Shown here: positions 24,601 through 36,600 of the stretch, in pieces
Numbering within the stretch: position 1 is the first letter of the stretch
How the letters are laid out: each line of letters opens with the position of its first letter
Assembly (NCBI RefSeq): GCF_003918875.1
Contig: NW_025764967.1
Location: 248,001-312,000 of the forward strand
DNA length: 64,000 nt
Direction: 5' to 3'
Source of the DNA: Haliotis rubra
Taxonomy: Eukaryota
Position numbers and translations under genes: made by a program
The notes under the pieces: generated by a model
What the model was told of the DNA's origin: nothing
The model's input: the letters and a program-made list of their open reading frames with translations, nothing else
Database searches by the model: none

Positions 24601-27600
24601 TGGGGGACTCACCTACTGCCCACTGGAACATGGTGATGGGAGACTCACCCACTGCCCACTGGTACATGGTGATGGGCGACTCGCTGTCCGTGAAGTGCCA
24701 GGACACATGCAGGGACGACCAGTCAGGCAGGAACACGGCGTTCACCTCAACGTGCTTCTCTGTGTCCACAGTGCCGTCATGTCCACTATAGGTGATGCTC
24801 TGAAGTGTCACGTGATCAACCGCCATCACCATGGATCTTGACTTTGTGCCAATAGTAAGTTGTGCTGATTCCTCCCGAGCTATGAAGGAAAGTGTGTGTG
24901 TATTCCACATGATAACAGAATGTCTACCCACATCACACACCCCTCGGCACAGATTGGGCTCAAGACTGAATGTGATGACTTCAGCGCCAACTGACACGAA
25001 GCCTTCTATAGCGCTATGATGTGTGTCCGTGACCTCTGTATATCCTGCATGAATCTTCACTTTGTACATTTGTGCCACACTGAGATGTATATCTGCCTGG
25101 AGAACAGATCCGCTGACTACAACATAGCTGCTACCATGTCTGGCTAATTGACGCTCGGATGTAATGATGTGTATACACGAATAGTTGTCAGTCTGCCAGT
25201 ACTCGGGAACACGGTCATTACATGTCGATGAATTAACAGGTTTATTTTGTATCTCAAACGAGGGATTTTTCACCAGGTTGTCTCCCAAGTATGCAACGGC
25301 CTGTGGTTCTGGGGGAGACGTGTCCACGACAACACCATCCGATACAGCTACGTCTGAGGCGTGACCCACTGCATCTACAGCATACACCTTGCTCCATAAA
25401 CGTGTACCTAGAAGCAAGGGAATATCAATATCAAGAGAATCCTAAAGACTCTTTTGCGCCATCGAGAACTTCATAAGGTGTGACAACCTGCATCATTCGA
25501 CCTTTGTTAACAGACTGAACTTCCGTCACCATTGGAAAATACATGCTTTAACAAATTGCTGCTGAACAATTACTTTTGTGACATTTTGTAATTCACCGGA
25601 AGTACGGGAAGAAGGATGAGCACAACCACCAGTAGTGAGCTTCCCTGGGTAATCACTATGGAGAATCTATACTGACAGAAGAGGCGTGTTGACATCTAGG
25701 TCAGATAAACTGATCTGGACACATACCACTCTGGAGAATCTATACTGACAGAAGAGGCGTGTTGACATCTAGGTCAGATAAACTGATCTGGACACATACC
25801 ACTCTGGAGAATCTATACTGACAGAAGAGGCGTGTTGACATCTAGGTCAGATAAACTGATCTGGACACATAGCACTCTGGAGAATCTATACTGACAGAAG
25901 AGGCGTGTTGACATCGAGGTCAGATAAACTGATATGGACACATACCACTCTGGAGAGGTGAAGCAAGTTGTGCCTTGAAGGTGGTGTGAAGCCCGGTCTC
26001 CCGCCAGCCTAGCACACTGCAGTCGGTTGTGTCGTTGTGTCTTCCCACACACCAGAAGTATGTGATGATGGTGGAGTCCGTGTCGGAGAAGCCGTGCCAG
26101 GAAGCCGATACAGCGGATGGAGAACTCTGGTAGTCCGTGTCGTGCATCTCTGCCGGAATGGACCAAACAAAATCAGTGGTCAAGGAATAATCACTTCTCA
26201 CAAGGTATTGTAACCCGTGTGCTGATGCTTGTACCCCAAACATGGATTGTTATGGACGTATTCTAATGGGGTAGTTGGGCACTGTGAAGTCAAAGCTCTT
26301 CGTGTAGACATTAATCATTCCCTAAACGTTCTATCACGTTTCTAGACTTAAGACAAACAGGAGGCCCTGAAAAACATACCTTGTCCATCACTGACTGTAC
26401 CCGCAACTGGAGGCAGCACGTCCACTCGGACACCGTCAGAGTAGGCCCAGCTGACCAGGCCAGCTCTGCTGTAGGCCACGACACTGGAGAAGTACACTGT
26501 GGCTGCCTGTAAACTCAGGTTCCTTGCTGTGTAGGTCGTCGTGGTCAGGTCATCAGACGCGTGGATATTGTGTCCTGAAGAGTGAGTGAGTGAGTGAATG
26601 GGTGAGCGGGCGAGTTAGATGGTGGGTGGTTGGCTTTGGGTGGGTGGGTTTTGCCACATTATGACAGGGAGACACCAGAAAAGGGTTTCACACACTGTAC
26701 ACACAATCTTATGCACCAGGATCTTTAGAATTACCACCAGTTTGCATTGCCTTTGCGCAGAGATGTGTTTATTTGGATGCGCTAAGTACTGTAAGCCATG
26801 AATCAGGGTATGACGCATGGACACAAGCTACCAGGCTAGATACATCAAGTACCTCGACATTCACGTCATCTTATATACTGATCTGTAATATGTTGATGGA
26901 GTCGGGAAGCTGTGGACGCTCACCCCCGGGGCTTGTGCTGATGTAGACTCGGTACTTCAGAATACCAACGGCGCCCGGCAGGAACTTGTTGGTCCAGCTG
27001 ATCCTCATTGTGTCCGTCTCCTTCTGGAAGTCTACATCCTTCAGTCCATGGTCACCCCTGACCTCAATAACCTGCATCATTCACATATAGTCTACATCCT
27101 TCAGTCCATCGTCACCCCTCACCTCAATAACCTGCATCATTCACATATAGTCTACATCCTTCACTCCATGGTCACCCCTGACCTCAATTACCTGCATCAT
27201 TCACATATATCTACATCCTTCAACCCATCGTCACCGCTGAGCTCAATAACCTGCATCATTCACATATAGTCTACATCCGTCGATCCATCGTCACCCCTCA
27301 CCTTAATAAGCTGCATCATTCATATATAGTCTACATCCTTCACTCCATCGTCACCCCTCACCTCAATAACCTGCATCATTGACATATAGTCTACATCCTT
27401 CACTCCATCGTCACCCCTGACCTCGATAATCTACGTTATTCACATTCATATCTCGTGTACCATAGATAATTTGTGAATTCATGGAATACATCACCAAATA
27501 TTAACATCTTAATGGCAATAAGAACAATTATCGTTTTCTGAAATGTAAGTGGGACGCATACTTTTAATTTTCAATACCCTCTGATAAGAATGAGCTGCAT

Positions 27601-30600
27601 GTGCGACTAGCGGACTGTTTCACCAGCTGAATAGGTTGGTACACCCCAAGACCAAAGGCCGATGAGTGTACACGGACATTCAGGTCGCAAACTCCTGCAC
27701 ATTCCCCATTGACACTTATTTATCATTGTATGCTCACAAACAAGAGAGGCGTATTTTCGGTCAGGTATGCGATAATTAGTTCCGCCCTAAGGCCTCAAGT
27801 GATTTTGGTTTCTTGAATGGGGTGAAATATGACGTGAACGCTGATGACGTCATCTGAAACCGTGTGACGTCTGGGTGTCTGTACGAATTGGACAGTATCA
27901 ACATGTTTGCGCTACTTGTGCGCATGCGTAAGATTTAAGGCATCACTTGCAGGACTTGCAATATAACGGACAGTACCTATGATACTCACTGTGAGCGCCT
28001 GTTTGTCGGTTGTCTTGGGAGGGGCTGTGTCCACCATGACCCCGTCTGACCTGAAGACGCTGTACGTCATCCCGTCGTACCAGCCTCTCACAAAGAAGGA
28101 ATACTCGTAACGAATGCTGAGGTTCATGCCTTGGTTACAAACACCACAATTTGTGAGAATAGTTCGCCATAGTCAACACTCTTGTCCACACATTCTTTCT
28201 TTCCCACTGCTTTTCAAATGATTACTACGATCAATACGATATAAGACACTGGATTATGGCATATGACAGAGCCACTGCCCACTTAGCGATCCTACCGCTT
28301 GTTGATTAACGTTGAGATGACATTATAGAGCTATATAATTTGTTGACTTGGTCTGATATATCATTCAATACCGTTTGGCAGAGAGATGACCGCTGATGTT
28401 TGCCGCCCGACGCTGAACCACACTCTGCGGGAGTGAGTATCAAACACACCCGTGGGGTAGTCGTTGTCGCTGTCTCCGAGACTGGCCTCGTACCTGCAGT
28501 CAACAATAGTGTCTGAGATACCTGGCACTTCATGTACAGCACGAGGATAAAGTGACAGTCTTCAAAGCCACATCAACAGATATTTAGAAGATAAACGTAC
28601 TGTGTTTGGAAATTAGAAGAATGTTAGGCCTCACGCGTTCGCCTTCAAATGAAACATCAATTCGGGCTAACATTCATCTAATTTCCAAACACAGTATGTT
28701 TATCTCCATTTTACCATAACCCACTGCGTAATCCGGCATGGGACGTCGACGAGAGGCGAATTGAACTCGTCTGTGAAGGGAGTGGTAGGTGCCATTCGTA
28801 TTTTTTAAGCATTGCCAAATTTTGTATAGATGGAGTGTATTTTTAAAAGGCTTTCTGATTTTAAATTAAAGATATTGTTTGTTTATGTTTGGGGTTGTGC
28901 ATTGTTATTGAGTTTGAATATTTTCATAATACAAGCCGTAACAAGGTGATCTGATAGTGAGGTTCCCGATTAATTGTGGAGGGAAAATCATATAATTGTA
29001 TTTTTAGAGTTTTATTATAATTTCCATCACGTCTGATGTGTTGATATTAGCCATGTTGGTAGCCAAGCTGAAGTAGTGCGACAGTGTTGTATATGTGCGC
29101 AGTGAGGCGGTCATGAAATCAGACGCATTTTCAATTTAGGATTGATGGTGTCTAATGTTTTTGATTGTCCAGTCAAATTCGACTATTTCAGTTAGTCATG
29201 GTAGAATCTTTATCAAATCCTTACTGTGTAAAAGGCAACCCTTGTTGTTTCAATACCGTCCAACGGGCAGCCATGAAGGTGTCAGATGGCGAGTGGCCAA
29301 TGTCCTGGGATGTAGTGAAGCGGAGGTCGGTGACATCGGTCACACCAAGAACGTCGTTTGACCCACCTGGGATATAAAGTGTTATATTACCGCCATGCGA
29401 TAACTATCTCCTGTCATAACAGTACATCTACTGTAGACTGATAATCCACATTCAGGAATTATGATGAAATAATCACGAGTAATGTAAGACAACATATCAC
29501 CTTTGCTTTCAAAACGAAAACATCTCCATCGCGTCTTTTCTTCAAGCAAAATATATTTTCCTTCAAATATGAGCCAGTAAACTTTGTTTTAGAATTCCTC
29601 AACAGTTCAACATAAATGATCCGCGCTGTAACGACTTCCCATGTGACCTACCATTCTGGAGCTGTTTACATCCGCGTGTGTGCTGGCACGCCCCGTCCTG
29701 CACGGCACAGACACAGTGGCCCTCACAGTTGTACGACTGACACCGTCTCACCAGCTCCAGCTCACCCCCGGCGCCTAGTTCCAGTCCCAGGTGAAGCGCA
29801 TCGCTCTGAAGGCCGACCTGGGTAGGTTCACATGGAACAAACGTTCAAACATAGAAACACAGTAAAGAAAAAATGATGTGGATGGATCACTGAAAACATT
29901 GGGAACACCCGGTGTTCGACAAGAGGGTCACCATGTAACACCTACCCCGTTGACAGCCCAGATTGCCACATACACAGACCGGGTGGAAGAGAGGTCCTTC
30001 ATGTGGACAACACCAGTCTGAACTCTGCCTTCGTCATCGTGCTCAATGCCAGACACATTGTGTTGTACAAGGACAGATGTGTTTCCCTGAAACAGACACA
30101 AGTACATATTTAAAGCTTGAGATCCTGTAGTGAGTTTTAGTTACTCTTGAGAACCACGTTCAATCAACAACCTGAAACACAGGTTAACAAATCTTCGTGC
30201 TTCTATGCATCCACGTTGCGTTTTTTGGGCGTGTCCTGTTCCACTTGGTTTCTGTTTCTTCAATATCTACACAACAACGTCATAGCTGTCTTGAATAACC
30301 TGGTACTAATGCTTTGAAAATACGTAATGTTCAGTACATCATGAACGGGATTGTACCTCATTAAGGTCGGTTCCGAACTCAGCAGACCCCACTGTCATGA
30401 TGTAGTGAGTTATTCCAGAATGTAGATCAGAAAAGCCAAGCCAGGCGAGGTTCAGACGAGTCTCGTTCCATCTCATCCAGCCTGACTGGTGTCGTGACAG
30501 CCCCGCTGCATGGTCGGTGTGTACGGCTAGCGCACCTGCATTACAATCATAGAACCGTGTTACTGAGAACAGTGTCGAAGATCCTTCAAGGATCATGTAG

Positions 30601-33600
30601 ACAGTGTTGTGTTACCTGTACTAGGATCATGTAGACAGTGTTGTGTTACAGTATTGCGTTGGTTCAGTATTGCCCCAAAAGGATTCGAGGAAAGATTCAT
30701 GGATACTTTATTGATTTGTGGATGTCAATGATGCTGTGTTACCTGTCAAACGTTCGTGGATACAGTATTATGGTACCTGACAAAGATTCTTGGATACTGT
30801 ATCGTGTTACCTGTCATGGGTTTCGAGCTGTCCACCAACATGGCCCCAGTATCTTTGGAGTGACATAAACCCGCCATATTGCAGGCGACGACCTTCACCG
30901 TGTAGCTGCTTCCGTCGTGGAGGTCCAGCTGGGACAACGTGTATTCTTCCAGAAGTCCTGGAAGCTGTACAAAACGTATGAGAGGAAAGGCTTGGGATTG
31001 TCATAAATGTTCTTTGTACAGGATATCGAATCCTTTCTTAATGGAAACGATTTAATTCTATAATGTGCCTACATAGAGTTTAGATTTGTCATGATATCGG
31101 CAATAAGTCTGACACAGACTGCTCCAAAGCCATGTCGATATGGCTGATAAAGACTGTGGTAGTTATTATATTAGTTGTGTATACTCCATCGTGCTTTCTG
31201 AAACATTTAACAGGACCCTATGTGACAACTGACAGTCACCTTCATGAGATGTGACTGGAAATCCCCCAGTTGGTGAGATGAGATTGACAGGTACTGTCTC
31301 TCGATGTAAGATTCTTCGTCCTTGAACTTCCAGCCTATCCTCAAAGTCGTCCTGCTGATGGACGTCCCAGCCACAATGGATCCATATCCGTCCAGGATCC
31401 CTGGTGTCACCACAACTTCGGGTGGAGTGATGTCAATCACAAATCCGTTGGACGTGACTTCACTGTATAAACCTGTCACCAAAGTATCAAAACATGTATA
31501 CACCTAACTGCAATTATGAATTACCTGATCTGTTGTTAGTTTGAGGTATTCTAAGTCACTAATTGGGAAACCAGAGGCTGTTGGACGACCCCTGGCCTCC
31601 ATCACTGAACAGTAAGAGATGTCTGCGAATATGTGCTGAAGGGTTCAGCCCATTCCTGCATGTTAAGATGGTCAAAACTTTCGGTTATTGCTTAAAACTA
31701 TATATTCTAATTTTCTTGTGAAAAACAAGAAATCTTCCATTGCAACAGGTATTGGTTTTGGAAATCAAAACTACCGGGCAGGTTTGTTTTCTATCTGGAT
31801 TCTAGTTCCTATTCAATGGCTCGTGCATTCAGCCTGATATGTAGTTCGTTACAAAACTTGAAGTGTACATTCGTATTTTCAATATTTGGCTACCCATAGT
31901 CTCCAACACTGACATCCAATCATCAGAAATGCGAGGCGAATCAGAGGACCCTGATGACACGATAAATGTACTTTGACTTTAGCTAGCATTGAACTCAACT
32001 GACATATGATATCGATGACGTGTTCCAGATCACCTGCTTTATTGTAGGCCCGCACTGTCGTGTAGAGAGTCGGTCCAACCGGAAGCTGGTCGTCACGTGA
32101 CAGCGTGTGGAAGATGGCCTCTTCTAGGCCTGCGTTCGTTGGTTCGAGAATTTCGCCACCTCCTGGTGTTGTTCCTACGCGCCATTCATAGTGGTCCAAC
32201 ACAGACTCAGGGTCCTGGAAGCCCCGCCACTTACATCCAAGGAATGTCCTGAGGATATATACATACAACATACTGAACTATGTAACAGGGTAATAGGATG
32301 TTTAGATCGCCCAATTCTTTATTTTTAATTATAACTTTCACTTCAGGTTAAAACACAATAAAACAGTTAATTATTTTTAAAGCCTTTGTGAATTCTATTT
32401 TACAGATAAAAATCAGCTTATTGCTGCAAGAGAGAGTAATAATACTATGGTCAATGAAGTTGGCCCCGAGATCACCTGGAAGCCTGATATTGGACGTCTT
32501 CATCTTGGGTTCCGTCTATGATGTTCCCTGTTCGTGGAGCTGTCACATCTAAGATGACACCATCACTTGTCGCCATGGTGCACAGACCTGCCATGTTACA
32601 CGCTGTCACCGTCACGTAATACGGCATGCCGTACTTGAAGGAAACGTCATAGAACCGCACGTCTGCAGCAATAAGACGTACATGGCTTCATAAATATCAG
32701 TACAAATAGACACGCACATGTGTTCATAAATATCAGTACAAATAGACACACATGTTAGAAGCTGTTTATACTCATAAATTTAAGTACGACATTTACGACG
32801 TTTGAATGTTCTTTCAAGTGAATGTGCTGAAATATTTGCTAAAAGCGGTCTAAAACCATACTCACTTACTACTACATAGCTAAAGCTTATGGTACATCAT
32901 GAATCGCATCAAAGGAAGAGAATCGCTTTACCTGTTCTTGCCCCCACGTGTGACTGAGCGAGCGTGTCGTCACATCCCCGACACGTTCCCACCTGGAGGA
33001 GATAGTGACTAATGGAAGAGTGGGGGTCGGAAAACCCCTCCCAGTAGGATCCCATCTCCGATATCACGGTAACAAAGTCAGCGTCCTTGATCTGGCCACT
33101 GACGGTGCTGCGTTGTCCATCATACACGTGGCCGCTAGAGGGCGGCGTGGTGTCCGCCGTCACAGGTCGTGAAGTTATCAAACTGTGCAGGCCTACCTTG
33201 TTGTATCCCTGAAACAAGATTGCAACATTGTGGTGTCATATCAGGCTCATACTCTTTTCTTATTATAAGTACATGTATGGCTGTACTAGTCTTATTGGGG
33301 CGGTGGGTAAAATGGCTCGTTACGCCGAAGTCACGGGTTCGATTACCCACATGGGTACAATGTGTGACGCCCATTTCTTGAGTCCCCCTCCGTGATATTG
33401 CTCAGTCACTCACTCATTAGTCTTGAAAGTAAGGCTTGTATGTTTACCTTTACTGAACGAAGTAGACATGTCCGTCTATTAGGGTTGCCCCGCCATTGTT
33501 TCACGCTACAGATACAGAATACATTGACTCATAGATTACCTTCACTGAAACAAAGTAGACATGTCCGTCTATTAGAGGTGCCCAGCCGTCGATAGCCATA

Positions 33601-36600
33601 CACTGGTCCGTTGTAGATGTGTACTTGACCACGTCATCATAGGCAGGTCTCGACCCTACACCAACGTCATAGCTAGTTATGCCACTCTCCGGGTCAGACA
33701 GAGCTCCCTCCCAGCTGGAACAACCAGACCACAGACAGTCAATACATCCAGAACTGAAGACAACCTCACTGTCCAACGACAACAACCAGACCACAGAGAG
33801 TCAATACATCCAGAACTGAAGACAACCTCACTGTCCAACGACAACAACCAGACCACAGAGAGTCAATACATCCAGAACTGAAGACAACCTCACTGTCCAT
33901 CTACAACAACCAGACCACAGACAGTCAATACATCCAGGACTGGAGACAACCTCACTGTCCATCTACAACAACCAGACCACAGACAGTCAATACATCCAGG
34001 ACTGAAGACAACCTCACTGTCCAACGACAACAACCAGACCACAGAGAGTCAATACATCCAGAACTGAAGACAACCTCACTGTCCATCTACAACAACCAGA
34101 CCACAGACAGTCAATACATCCAGGACTGGAGACAACCTCACTGTCCATCTACAACAACCAGACCACAGACAGTCAATACATCCAGGACTGAAGACAACAT
34201 CACTGTCCATCTGGAACATGCAGACCACAGACAGTCAATACATCCATAACTGAATGCTACCTCAATGTCCATATAAAACAACCACAGCACGGACAGTCAA
34301 TACATCCAGAATGCAATGTGAGGTGGCTCTATATAATCTAAATCTTTCCCAGAACATTCCCTAAACTCCAGTCCAGCTGTAACTGGGACACTTACCACAC
34401 ATCTATCACAGACGTCGTCAAGTATTGTCCAGAGAAATGTATTGACCCCCCTGACGTCACCGGCGGCGTGGAGTCAATCAACATCCCCGACGATATGACG
34501 GTCTTGGTCTTGTTTACAAAGTCGGTGGCTGTAACAGAAGTAACAGAAGAAGCTAACGGTAACTAACAAAACAAGACAATATATAACCAGAAACGCAGTA
34601 ACTCTGCAATGTCATTAATCAGTGCTGTACGTCAGTTGTACAGCGCACTGTACCAGTGATATATATGACAGATAAACACTAAACAGTACTAGCAATATAA
34701 AGTGTCAACTATATCTACTCTTCAAAATAAGTAGGGGAATTTTGTTTTCATTTACGGTTGAAAAAAATGGGAGATATATCGAAGTCAATCAATGTTGATG
34801 TGATAATAATGAATGTTTTGAGGGTGCATCATCACTTGCACGTCCTTATGACCATAGTTGTTTGTGCAGTAATCGTTCTTGAAAGATGAATGGTGTATGG
34901 CGTGACATTTGCATATGTATGATTTTCATTCATTAGTGTCTGTTCCTCCAAGCACCAAACACTAACAACTGTGTGATGCAAGATGATAGTCAGAATGGCC
35001 CCCCATGCACGTGTATGTGGCTACAGCGTTGAGCATGTGCATCCCATGCGTTATGTTTATGGATTGTGATCAAGAGAAATGGTGATCCGTTTATAGGATG
35101 TTTGTCTTTGAAAAAGATTCTTAACCTCATACTTCCTATCCAAATTGAAAGGTCTTTTTAAGAGTATACATAGAGAGAGAGACTTCCACCACCAGTCAAT
35201 ACAATGTCAGCCTTATATGTTCCCTGTAACCACCCATCTATACAACGTGAGAGGATGGGAAGACGCATTGCACCTGTCACGGACGCGTAGATGGTGTGCC
35301 CGTCGTGCAGCTGGAGGCCGTTCAGGATGACGTGGTTGACCAAACCCTGTCTCCGTGCTGCCGCCACATCCTCCCCTCCAGGATGAGAACCTACGAAACA
35401 GCAGTCAGCGTTGTTTCACCAACATCTCGTCACCTCGATAACATGTTATTTTTCATAGAACACTGCATATTATTTCAGCTTGATAACGTTTTCCTGTACA
35501 ATATCGAATCTCGATCATATCATCCAGTGACTGATGAGAAAACATGGTTACTCAACCTGACCACTCGATCTATGAGGTGCCCTTACAGTCAGCATAATCT
35601 GCTGCATCTATTTGGTCACTCCTCAAGAACAGCATAATGTATTCGATCTATCAGGTCGCCCCTTACGATCATCCTATACATGTACTTCTTGATGGCTGCT
35701 AAGATCCACGCTAAGATTTAATGAAAGCGTACCTAGAGCAACTTCATAATATGCTATCCCACTGGGGTGTGGAGACGACCCTTCCTCTTCTACGTCAAGG
35801 AAGCCGTCCCAGAAGACCTCGATCTCACTGGTGCTGATCTGAATAAACACACATGTACAACACAGTTACACCAACAAAACACTATATGCTAGAGGAATCG
35901 GGCAGATGACAATAAAGCTGGGGTTCACTCACTGAAGCCATGTAAGGTCAGGTGACTTCAGAACTTATTTCATTATTGAGAAAACTACACTTGAACAAAT
36001 TATAACTACCCTTATGGAAATGGCACGAACGTAAGTGAGAAAAATTCAGTTAAAGATCATGTTTTCACATATCTCTGTATCAATTCATTTCATGTACGAT
36101 GCATGAGAATTGTGCCGGTGTCCTAACTTGCTAAATGTATGGAAGTCGGAATAGCTTCTCGTGTTGAGAAAGACTGTTCAAGATGTTGTCATGAATAGTA
36201 AAACAATGTTAATACTGGGGTGACAATTTCACCTGGAACGCGGGGCTGTTGAGGCCGCCAAGAAACACCCTTCCTCCGCTAGGTGGCGTCACGTCCACCG
36301 TGACCCCGTCACTACACGAGCTGACCTCTGGTAAGTCCTCTGTCCACTTCTCGTACTCCACGACTCTCGCCCCGGCATGAACACACACATAGTACCTCCT
36401 CCCTTGAACAAGCCAGCGTTCTGCTTCGACCACGTTCAGAAATTCCTTGTCTGAAACACCAAGTAGCAAGTATTCATGATGAGGTAGGTTTTTAAACCCG
36501 CATTTCTGTTAAACGCACATTCTCTTTTAAGTGATATGAAGTATAAAAAGACTTTGGCATTTGTGATGCATTTCGGTGGTGTTTTCATCTTTAGATGTAT

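Noticed and set aside
23957-24683. CRISPR-like array
   Set aside because: Head-to-tail repeats with no unique spacers, eukaryotic context, no cas genes; the same applies to the other arrays
23931-24841. Long plus-strand repeat ORFs (MVMGDSPTAHW)n and (HGDGRLTYCPL)n
   Set aside because: Antisense reading of the 36-bp array; the real frame is on the minus strand
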